From Catajapyx aquilonaris (lineage: Eukaryota): DNA of 63,488 bases. This document shows, piece after piece, positions 52,231 to 63,488 of the stretch. The position numbers and the translations under genes were made by a program. Below the pieces are notes generated by a model. The model saw only the letters and a program-made list of their open reading frames with translations. It made no database searches and had not been told where the DNA came from. Location of the stretch: contig KZ538112.1 in NCBI GenBank assembly GCA_000934665.2, positions 62,001 to 125,488 on the forward strand, in the 5' to 3' direction. The stretch's first letter is position 1. Every line of letters starts with the position of its first letter.

Positions 52231-54903
52231 GAGGTCTAAAAGTATCCATACTTGCTGCTCCCAACAATACATCAAAGTGTAACAAATGCATTTAGGATGC
52301 TCTTGAACATGATTACACGGTCTTACTGGTCCAAGTGCCCGGAAGATATGTCAGCTAATGACTTTGAAGCACCCTGTGACTTGGCAAAAAGGGGAAAGCA
52401 AACTCGAATCGAGGTGCATTCATGTGCAAGGCTAGTTTTTTTTTCTCACATAGGACAGGTGCAGAATGAGGTTAAGCTCCATTGGGCACCGCCGATCTGA
52501 GGGAGCTTTGAAAGTGAGAAGGGTTTGTTTACAAACACCTCGTCATAATGTAATTGGCAGCAGGGGAAAGTTGCCTTACCGGTTTTTTTTTCCTTTTGGT
52601 TTAGCCTTCCCCTATGTTCAGGTCACATAAGTGTATGATTGGCATTTTTCGGTGGGCCTGCCGGAAGGACCTAGACCACAGACAACGTTACGTTACAAGT
52701 GTGTCACTTTAAAATGGCTGATGCAACATACACCTGATATGTCAACAATGCTGGTCATATTAATACCAGAGCAGTGAATCTGGTTTTTCTGGAGCAACTT
52801 ACACCACTCTTTTTTTTGCATGGTTGCGTAATAAATCTATTCGCAGTGCCTGACAGTGAAGGTAGGTGACATTTTCACTTTCATCGATGTTGAGGCAACA
52901 AGGATTGGTCAATCGGAATTAGCTCCTGGTAGTCCCCTCCCTCCTTCCTTTAATAGGACAAGTCGTATTGCCAATTTTTTCTAGGCCAAGGTGTTGGCCC
53001 GAAAAAAAATGGCGCAATAATTCGCGCAGTAGTGGACCGCCTTGTGATCTACATATCCCAAGAGCGATATATATTCAATTTTTTTGAGGGGGGGGGGGGA
53101 GTAATAGTCAAGTTTTTCTTCAAGGGGGCAGCTTTCGATTCAGGGGAGAACCAGATGGGTTTTCCAAATTGCGTGCAAATTTTTCGCCCATTTTTGGTAC
53201 GACTTGTGACCTTATTTGTAGAGTGTCCCTTTCTTTTGAACTTGAACTTATTCATTGGACCAACTTATGAATAATTCTCATGACACTGAGAGAAACCTTG
53301 GCCTTCACATACATTCGAATTCGCATAATTATTACAGAAACAAGAGAGCAATGTACTATTTTGTGTGGAGGTTACGTGCGTAAGGTTATGTGTGAGTTAA
53401 GATCAGTCGAAGTCCAGTCACATGATTCAGGTCAAAGTTTAGCCTGGTTTCCTTTTTTACTGGATGGGCGTGGGCTTCAAAGGGAGAGAAATAAGTGGAA
53501 GGTCGCCATGTTGGCCTCGTCATAATTTATCAGAACCTTGGTAACACCTAAGAACACAAATACAGTGTTGGGGGTGCGCAGGTTTCTTCGTGAAACATTG
53601 TAAGTGCCACTTACTCGAATGTGATATTATGTAGTGTCATGTGAAGAAAACTAGTAGCTATAATTACGAGCAACATGCCATTTGAAGCATGTTACAATAT
53701 GCAATGCGGATATATAGGTTCTTGAACTTCATCCATGATCGTGGTAAAGGCCAGGAGAAATTCATTGCGATTTAATACTAGGCCGTAAATGTACTGTAAA
53801 TGATTGAAATTATAACCATGTGTATTGCACGGAATGGGGGAAAAAATTGTTATGACCTGTTTTCCACCTTGTAGGTTAAGCACTTATATTAATATGCAAA
53901 TTGACGCCCGGAGGTTTACGCTGTGTCAATGTCAACGTCAGTCAAACTGACGCAATAATTGCTTCTATTGAAGTAATCCACACATAATCTTGAAGTTTGC
54001 ACCTACGCTGCCAAGCGATTATGAGGGAAATTACAGGTTGTAAAGGTGAAGTAAATTATCTTATTGTAGAAGGAATGTTGGGCTTGCCACGAAAATGTAG
54101 GTACTTGTTGTACGGTACATTTTGACCCTGCTATTAAGTTAAAGAAGTCAATTTAGTCACACAATTAATATTAATATTCAATACACTATTGCACCATTTT
54201 CGCTCCAAGTCTTAGAACACATTGTACACCAAAATTTTATATTGTGTTTATGCACTTCACATTGTAAATAAAACCTCAAATAATTATGTTGTCCAAGATC
54301 GTGCCCAAAAAATAGAGTGACTTGCATAAGGTGAAGGTGTAGCCGTGGCACATTTATTTCGATCCCAAGTTTGGGGGGTGAAAGGGTGTCAATACAAATG
54401 TCAGGTGAAAAGTTCGAGTGGAGGAATTGTCTGCAAGGACGATTGTAAACGTTCCTAAGAAAAAATGTGGGCCAATCAAATCACTGTGAGGGGAATCACT
54501 CCCAACCCAAGCGATTGCGTATCAGCAACTTGACAACAATGCGCAACTTTCGCCTCTAATCGAGACAACATTGCGAATTATTTGCCTTTCTATCCACCCC
54601 TTTTGTGCAATCGCAAAAATTGGAACCGCACATGCCAATCAGCTCTTCCGGGCTTAAATGAATTGGGCCAATTAATATTAATTTTTACTGACGCTATAAA
54701 ACAATGAATGGCACTCTATATACGGTATAAAACTACTCGAATGATATAATTCACGCAATGAAATTGGGTAGTGCAGTGAAACTTGTTTCAGAACCAAACC
54801 GGTCTGATAATATTGATACCTGTAATTTATTTCACCAGATGCGATGCAATGTGGGCTGCATACATAGCAGGATAATATCCATTGTTACACTTGGGTAATT
54901 ATG

Positions 54904-57267
54904 TTACATGGCCGATGTTGCGACATGAACGCTGTTGCTATTACTGACGTTGCTCGTTTGTGATTCAGGAGACACTGTGGTTTCCAGGGACAGGATACCT
55001 AGAAGACGCTTGTTTTGAATCAGGCCGAATCGTTTGTTCAGTTTGCGCAAGATGCTTCGTTTGCACACGAATATTATGAATATGAAGACTCCTTGAAGCG
55101 AGTTTAATACATCGGGGATGTATTTAATCCAGCTGTAACCAGGGATTGCCCAAGACACAACTTCAAATATCCAGGTAGTGCCAGTAACTATCAGAAGCTT
55201 CACGTAGAGAAAGCACCTAGAAGTGAATCTGCATTAGAATAGCTAGAACACACACAACGCAATTCATCGATGTTCTACCTACAGTAGAATTGTATTTGAA
55301 TCAATATGGCACATACAGTAAAAACCTTCAACTTACACCATTATTTTTCTGTGATTTAAGACAGGACTTACATGCTTTTGTTCTTTTGATGCTCCTTGTT
55401 ATCTTGAAGGTTCTTCAGTACATTCACTTGTTTCATGATTTGCATCAGTTTTACAATGGCCATGATGATGAAAACAAGGTTCAGAGTCAGGACCGCGGCC
55501 ATTGGACCCAAGAAGTAGATAAATATTCGTTCCTTAGCTGAAAATAAATCATCATTAATCGTCTGACCGATGCATGGTAAATTCGGTCATTACAGTCAAA
55601 CCAGCAGTAAGTGGCAGCCAAACGGGGTTTGATTACGAAAGGTGAAATTCCAGGAGCGAACTCCATAATCATCGTGATGATCGAAATAACGAGAGGTAAT
55701 CCCCACGCATAAACCGAATAAAGCATGTATCTCTGCCTATCAGAACTTCCATCACGTCCAGTTTGCGCCCTCATGGACCTGCCATATTGGTAAAATAATC
55801 AGCTATTTCGAACATTTTCAGATCATAAATGAACACACCTGAATGTACTCCAAATGTCAAAACTCATAACGCTCATCCATGAAAATGCAGCCATAAACCC
55901 ATAATGTGAGATGAGACCTTTAAAATAAAAAAGCATATCATTACCACATATTGCTATTTATACACGTAAGTTATATTATACTCCTGCCACATCAGCGATA
56001 CTATCAGATCGGACAGACATCCGACAGAGAGACTAAGCATATTAGGAGAAAGATTTTATTATAAACTTACCAACAGCTCTGCAGAATGGCTTAGAATACA
56101 ATAGAATTGCCCGTCCACCAAGTTGGTTAGCTATGAGAAAGAAGAACGCCACAAGTAACGCCGACACACAACTCAGTAGGTTCTTCCCATGAAGGTTCTT
56201 TAACTCTGGTACAGATGCGTATACTGCACAAGTGATCATAAGACATATTTCAGAAACAATTAGCATTGAGGCAATAACAGCCAGCTCTCGATCGGTTTTT
56301 CCAAACGATAAGTTGTCGGATGATCCAGGTGGGCAAATTAATGCTTGAACACTGCCTGTAATATTTTCGACACAATATTCGTTCTGGGAATAGCTGGTTC
56401 GTAAAGCTGGTACGTATAGTCTTCCTAGTTCGTCCAAGTAGAAGAGGTCATCTTTTCTTTCAGATGGGTTCAAATGCGTGTATTCTGTAACTCCGGGGCA
56501 GTCAGGTGGCCTGTTCAGTAATATGTGGACGTTTGATTGGTCCGCTTCTTCAGCACTGAAGGCGTAAATGTGGTGTAATTTTGGAATCCATGTGTAATTT
56601 GCTATTATGCAGCTTTTACTAAATTTTCTGGAAGAAGGTGGAATATAAGTCGTCGCAACGAAATGTGATCATAAAAATTCCAAGTAATTACATAAATTAC
56701 TTACCCATCTTTTTCCTCGTACGTTTTGTTGACAGGACAACATTTTCGTAAACACGTGTGAATGTCGCAAGGGGGCTGGAAGCACAACCGGACTAATAGA
56801 TCCGTAGTGCCATTGACACGATCTATGCATATGTCGTCCAGCTGTTTGACAACTGGCATCTGAGGATGTGCTGTGACAGTAGCCACTGTATTGTTATTTC
56901 TTAAGTACAGAGAAGCCAAAGTGACTTTTGTCTTCCTGGCTTTTGTATTGGCCACAAATTCCATGAAGTTGTATCCTGGTCTGCATATGCCATCTCTTGG
57001 TCCTCCGACTATCAAACTGGGTGTGTCGGTCGTCACATACATCATAACACCTTTGGCCCAGCTGGTGTCGTTGGACCTGCATACAGTGGTCTTTAACCTC
57101 TAATCATGCAAGTATTGCAAGTGAACTCACGTTGGGTCAACAGTCTGCACGCATTTCCCAGTCTTCTGGTCGTAGATTTGGTCCATGAGACAACACTTTC
57201 GGACCACTACGAGATCAGCGGTCACAGTCATACCGTAGAATACAAGGAAAAGAAGAAGAGAAGACAT
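54904..57267 (-). CDS. Methuselah-like (Mth) adhesion/secretin-class GPCR
   Basis: Signal peptide MSSLLLFLVFYGMTVTA, ectodomain motifs VRKCC and LRKCCP...YCVE, then 7TM motifs ELKNLHGKNLLS, HYGFMAAFSWMSVMSFDIWSTFR, YSVYAWGLPL, YVKLLIVTGTTWIFEVVSW and NSLQGVFIFIIFVCK. First exons are 57267-57131, 57076-56705 and 56627-56071. Confidence 0.93.
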
Positions 57268-58584
57268 GATCGCTTCCTGAGCTTCGCGGTAGTGTTCTTT
57301 TCTTCAAGAACAGGTTTCCAGCACGATCTGGGAGAAAAAAAATATGTGTGGGTGAGGAATGGTCAGATGGGGGGGGGGGGGGGGNTGCGAATTACCGTCT
57401 TCACCAGTCAAGGTCATTGCCAGTAAAACGAATTCAGTAAGGAATGTTGACAATATTTTGCAAATTTTATGAACATTGGGAGAAATAGTACTTTGTAACT
57501 TCATAAGGCATATTCCAGGTTGATGTTTTGCCCCTCGCCTTTAACTATTTTAGTTATGAAATGCCAAGGTCAAGATGTGGAATTTTCCTGTTCATCTCAC
57601 GGTTGCACTACCGGGAGTCCGGGACATGACGTATATGTTAAGTCCCTGCGTGATCAATTGTCCTTTGAGTTTTTTTAAACACGTATACTGATCAGGTTAG
57701 ATCCGTTGATACAAACCAAACTATCAAGTCTTGAACAGGTTCTTGGTACACTGGACTATGGACTTTTGACGTATGTGTCCTGAGTCCTGACCGAGACTTA
57801 CCTGTGGTATCTCTGATTATGAAGCTACTGTTTTCTTCTCATTCACCACACTCCTTAACACATACTGTACACATCATAGGCTGCGTGAATTTATTATTAG
57901 CGTGCCTTCACTTCCTGTTCCGGTGTGAGGACACTGATCAGTTGCAACTACTGTAGAGATGATAAGGCTGGAATCGTAAACACCAGATCCCCTTACCAAT
58001 AACGGAGGCAGATATGCAATATAAGTCACTGAAGCACGGGCCAGTCATGCAAAATCATCCATATTAAATTACACGTATGTCACGTTGGTCTCAAGGCACC
58101 CTGGACAAGGATGAGGCTCCATGACCTTGGATGTAACTGTAATTAACGGTGAGTTGCGGCATATATATCCGGCGAAAAGTCCTTTAAAAAAATCCGGGCT
58201 AGACATAACCTACGTAAATTTTGAAAAATGTCCCCATCATTTTGGAAATTCCAAAACATTGCGTTTACATGAAAACTGGAGGCCATAAGATGATGCTGCT
58301 TGCGCTATTTTGGTTTAAATGCTTTCTCAAACTTAACTCTATAATGATTAATGACAGACTAAATTATTTTAATATTTTAATATTATTTATATATGTGACC
58401 AAAACACCGCATTATACAAGGTGTCAAGTAGGCCTATTTCGATTTTCTTGGAAAGTCATCACTCATCACGCCTACTCTGAACAATTTGCAAGTCAGCTGT
58501 TGGCATGATTTACGATTAATACACAATTATTAAAATTTTGTCACCTTCTGCTTTTCCTTATTCTGGCTGATTTATGCTTGACAG

Positions 58585-58686
58585 GTTCGCTATCATGACT
58601 CCGATGAAGCCTACTACTACTACTTTGAGATGACTTACTGCCTGGGAGGCAGTCTGCAGAGTGTGCTGCACAAAACGACAATTCAG
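58585..58686 (+). pseudogene. Possible protein-kinase exon remnant (subdomain IV-V-like)
   Basis: AG/GT-bounded 102-nt segment encoding VRYHDSDEAYYYYFEMTYCLGGSLQSVLH, resembling VxYxDS...MEYCxGGSL. Downstream exon-like pieces contain stops. Confidence 0.3.
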
Positions 58687-61258
58687 GTGAGTACAATGCA
58701 TCTATACATGCCTAATTATTTGGAGTTAGCTCATGAAGTGTCACTTCTTTCTGACCAAGCTTGCCGTATCATGCATGATATGTGAACTTGGAGCATACCA
58801 AACTGTTTACAGGGGAGACGGAGCGGAGTGGCGCCGCGGTAACGCGCGCGCTCACGGAAGTTAAGGTCCCACCTTCTTTCGTGCAGAGTTGGGCCATCTC
58901 TGGCTTCGTTTCGGGTGGGAATTTCCGCTAGACTAACCCACCCGGGGGAGTTCACAAAATGACCAAGCAACGACATTGCACTTGCACTTAGCACATCCCC
59001 TCCTAATTACCCTTGGAGTAATTAAATACATATATGTATATGGCTCCAAACCCCAAATGGTGGTAATCCACCCCCCTAGAAATGGCCTATCGGCCAGATA
59101 ACGGGGTACAACTAATAATAAGAAGAAGAATAAAATATGTGTCTTGACAGTTCCTGAGAACTTCAAGCCCATTGGACCTAATTGCCAAATTATTAATCTA
59201 ATACAAGTCGTAACTGGATCCATTGGTTTGGCCATTAACTTCCTATTTGTCTTGCGTCCTTTGTTTACAGTTCGCCACAGTGAATTAATTCGCCAATTAA
59301 GTCAAATGAGAGGTTCTTTGAAACATATATATCTGCTGAACTGATTGGGTTGAAATTGTGTTTGGCAATAGCTGTGACCTTGATTGTATCAAGTGATAAC
59401 TTAATTGCAGGATTTGAAGTAGGCCTACAGTAGTTGTTCAAGACTGCCCACACTTATTATTATTGGTGACAAAGATGTTGATCTTGCAGACGTTCATCCA
59501 GTCTCATTAACGTGAAGGTTCTGGGTTATTTGCAGGCATCAACCATATCTTGGTGGAATTAGTAGCCTAGCTAATTCTTTTGATAACAACTATTACATGT
59601 AACTGTGCAAAAGTCACTGCATGGCTAATGTAATTGCCACAAAGAGTCAATGGGCACTCTCAATGACCTGTGCTCATTACACCTTGCAGAATGATGATGC
59701 ATCTGATTGGTTCATGACATCACCTGCCTGATTCTTCAAAACCAACGACCACTTTGGCCGCATCCAAATGAACTTATTGTGGAATCAAGCGATGCGAGGT
59801 GCTGTCATCATGATTTGAGGCTTCAACTCTTCATTTGCCATCTACTATCCTGGCACACCAGACATGGGCATGGTAAGCATTATTACAATATTGTACACAT
59901 GTGTTGAAGTGCTGCGGCTATCCATACATTAGGCAATGGATATGGAAGCCAGTGGATATTGGAAGCTAGTGCTTGGTCAGTGAGAACCGTAGCTTTTAGA
60001 AGGAAATGTTAATTGGACATTCATTTTGAAGCCTGCAGCTAACCATTATTATGAGGAGTTTAAAGAAAGATCAAGTATTGCATTAACACCATACAACATG
60101 AGGTGCTTGTTGTGGCCATTTTTGGTAGGTGGTCATATACTGTATTATTTTGTCCGAAATGCATATTTTCTTCCTGTGATGTCACATTTATCTGAGTCGT
60201 CGTCTCGTCTGTTGAGCACCTGTGAGAGCTAGTGGGAGTCATTTGACATGGGCCTGTAGCCACCCCTTTGTTGACGTCGTGTGTCTACAAGTGAAATCAG
60301 CTGCATTGCACAATTATTGCCCAGTCTGTACTAACACATGATCCTAATATTGGCCTGTAATAGGCTATTTATCAAGTTTCTGTTACCACTGTAATGTTTG
60401 AAATGGAATCATTCAGTCTTCAATTCTACATCATATGACGAAATCATTCCAATATGACTGATTGTTCTGCAAGGTCGTCATAATTAGGATTTGCAGTTGT
60501 TCATAATTTTTTCTCGTTTTTTTCACAGGACGTAAGTTTTGGGACAGCTCATTTCAGCATGGAGAATCGGCCTTGGAGTGCAGATGTGAGTGATGCAACA
60601 GCCACTACACGGAGGATGCTTTGGACCAGTCTTTGGAGGCACAATGTGAAAATCCCACTTGGTTCGATGGACAGCTGATTTTCACCCCAATCAGATGCGT
60701 CAAGCCAGGTCAAGCTCATCTTGGTTGTTCTTCAACTATGTTTTTGCAACTCAACACCCATGGTGAGCACCATATACTTGTACCATTGTGCTACTGCTAT
60801 CCCAAGTTGTTTGGCAGTAATTTTTAGGACTACAATGAGATCTCTCATTATCGAGGCTTATACTTGATGGGAGGATACTGAGGAAAATTATTATTGTAGC
60901 TGTAGTATGCCTCACATCCATGGTTTAATGTTAGATTAATAAAATATGGGAAGGCATTAATTTTTGTGAGCCCTTCACGTCAGATTTCCAGATGGTAAAA
61001 TGGGTTTTTCGATGGGGTGAATTGCATTTTGAGACATGAAAAAGGCAGAGAACTGTTGCAAAGTGGAGGAAGATTGTTTGAAACTGATCAGATTAATTAG
61101 ATTAAGTCTTTCAAGGTCAAATTTCTTTCCAGATTGTCAATCATCCTGGAAAGTATGCGAAACACACAAGTTACTTGGAAGATCCTGGAAAAGAGCAGCA
61201 GTCAGAAGTTATTGTAAACATCTTTATTGCTATTTTTGTACAGTGTAAGAAATAAAGT

Positions 61259-61551
61259 GTCATTGCCTCTCCCCCTGCCTACTGATGGCCAGGGAGAAGC
61301 TTCGATGGATGGGGGCCCATGGGCAATGTAAGCTACGTCCCCCCCCCCCCTTCCCCTATCCTCCCAGGGCTTGCCCTGGGGGAATAGGGGAAGGAGGGCA
61401 ACATAACTTACATTGTCCACATATGCACCCCCATCCATCAAAGCCTCACCTTCGATAAATGGAGGCACGTGTGGACGACGTAGCATACGTCATGCACCCC
61501 CATCCATCGAAGCCTCACCCCACCCATCAGCAGAGGGGAGGGGCAAGGGAC
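61259..61551. repeat. Degenerate foldback / inverted-repeat element
   Basis: The left arm (...CTGATGG...GCTTCGATGGATGGGGG) pairs with both 61391-61449 and 61491-61551. ATGCACCCCCATCCATC(A/G)AAGCCTCACC is directly duplicated at 61422 and 61492. Confidence 0.7.
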
Positions 61552-62197
61552 TGAGTCAACCAATCAGACTCTCTCAGACTCCCAAAAAAAGTTTTCAGAA
61601 AAAAGGGGAGGAGTCAACAAGATAGCTCCACGTCAGCGTCAGTGGCCCCTGCGGAGCAATTACATGGAAATTGAACATATTGCTTCCTGCACACAGAAAT
61701 GAAGCAAATTTGAGCACCCTGACATTGATATTTCCCAGCCACATACAACACCCAAATAAAAAAACTAATTGACATCTGGTCAGTTTTCACCGAGCAATGC
61801 CAAAGCTGATAAGAGTCAAGTTGAAGACATGACTAGCAGAACTGATTAAGTGGAAATGCTGTAAAGGCAATGAGCCATTCCGCCTGCAAAGACTTGGAGC
61901 GCAGCACAAAAGGTTTCCCCCCATTTCCCAATAGAATTGATACATTCAAAATAGTCATTTTATTGCAGTCAGGTAATTCTCTCACTCAAATCCACACAAC
62001 TGCATTGAGATCTTAATGATACTGACCTACAGCAACAATTCTGTCATGGGCATCATCCTCTGGTAATGGTCCTGGAAATCACTGCTGCTCTTCCTCTGAG
62101 CGAAAGAAATCTGAAAGGATCAGAGATGCAAGAAAGTAAATCAAATCAGGTGAAACAATTAACATGTGTCATCCATTGTTATGCAAGACCCAATATA

Positions 62198-62614
62198 CAC
62201 TCAATTGCCAAAAGTCATGCGATAGAAACATGAACTTTTGAAGTCACACACCACTCTGGCGTGTATGCCCAGGTTTTGTCCTGAGGCAGGGTGCTGAACA
62301 CAGCTCATGGCACTGCTTTATGACTTGGGAAATTCCAGCAGGCTAATGCAGTTTCATCAGCAGGTCCAGAATTGGTTCAAGCAGCATTATGATGAATGAT
62401 GTGGCCAGACTGAATCCTATCCAGCATTTATGGGACGTGGTGAAGAGGTCAAAAATCCTGCACCTTCAAGAATCCAGGAAGCTGTAGGTGGTTATCCAGA
62501 TCCATCCAGATGGCATGGCTCAACTTATGGAATCAATGCCATGTAAGAGTTGCTGCCGTTGTTTCACAAGGCTAGCTAGAGGACACCTATCTCATGACTT
62601 TTGGCACTTGAGGG
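62198..62614 (+). mobile_element. Internally deleted, degenerate Tc1 transposon
   Basis: 28-bp TIRs (25/28 match, CACTCAATTGCCAAAAGTCATGCGATAG) with TA flanks. Internal transposase relics: QQANA (cf. QQDNA), LNPIQHLWDVVKR (cf. DLNPIENLW) and LMESMP. Confidence 0.85.
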
Positions 62615-63488
62615 TAATGCAGCATGCATACACAGATGTACATTAATTCAAAATTTATTATACACTATAATCACTGCTGAAACTGGCCCAGAAAAATAAT
62701 TCGCTATTGTTAGGACGAGCTATCAAAAACCGTGGTGGTCAGTCATGCAGGAGTTGTCAATTGATCAACATATGACTATTATGACAGTACATAAGCAATT
62801 TGAGAACTCCCAAACAACCATCACACCTATCACCAGATATGCATAATCCTACTGGGAGACACTTGATATCACAGCTATGGGCGATGGACAGTAAATTATT
62901 ATGACTGGAACAGCTGGGCATGGGAGTCACCTTAATTCCATTCAATTATCTGAAGAGAGTGACAATGAGCTTCACTGCTGTACTGCAGATCTGGGAAGTG
63001 CATTGCAAATGCATGGCTAATCCTCTTCCACATTTAACAACAAAGCCTGTTATCCAGCATTACATTTTAGTGATGACCCTTGGCATCTCAGGCAAGAATT
63101 TACACCTTTCTTCTAGGCCACATCCCACTACACCTGCCCAATGGCAGTCAAGTTTCTTGCTGTACCACCCCTGGACAATGGCCTGGCAGTGCTGATTTAT
63201 TGGGGGGGGGGGNACCATGAGTTTGAGTAGCATTTTACCTATCCAGTCACAGTAGCCTTCTCACAAAATATGGTGTGTATTTGTCGTAGCCCCATAGAGA
63301 AATTGGACACATATTATGCTGTAGTGCAACCTCATGTGAAGAATTACAGCATGGGCCCAGAAATATCGGACTGTTCGCGAAGTGACAGCAACTACCCAGA
63401 ATCTTGTCATTTGGTGGGGCAAACACATGTCCCAGGAAGTAACCAAAGTGCACTGCTGAAAATCTTCTCTTCAGCATCTCAAAGTCAT

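Noticed and set aside
52030..52291. Repetitive ORFs or CRISPR-like array
   Set aside because: These are head-to-tail repeats without spacers in a eukaryotic context, and the ORFs arise from the stop-poor repeat.

Overview
Eukaryotic, intron-rich DNA with many 54-77 nt introns; gene content points to an arthropod, probably pancrustacean (inference). There are no prokaryotic features such as operons, CRISPR arrays or rRNA. Genes left to right: (1) a 5'-incomplete CPAMD8-like thioester-protein-family gene with an inserted FAMeT-like domain, no thioester motif and apparently no MG3 domain; (2) Sec31; (3) an inverted tail-to-tail pair of tRNA-Arg(CCT); (4) a START-only STARD1/3-like protein; (5) a secreted Cys-rich DUF4789-like protein; (6) a secreted Tyr-rich low-complexity protein; (7) a catalytically dead calpain-C-like gene; (8) a trypsin-like protease; (9) a Methuselah-like GPCR with a doubled ectodomain. 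Small DNA-transposon derivatives, a minisatellite and a possible kinase remnant are also present. I cannot demonstrate a new biological system. The best leads are the remodelled TEP, the unexplained TATA-driven spliced unit upstream of the trypsin, the FTZ-F1-type motif enrichment over the right-hand genes, and a candidate Sec31 cassette exon. All family assignments come from manual motif recognition, not database searches.
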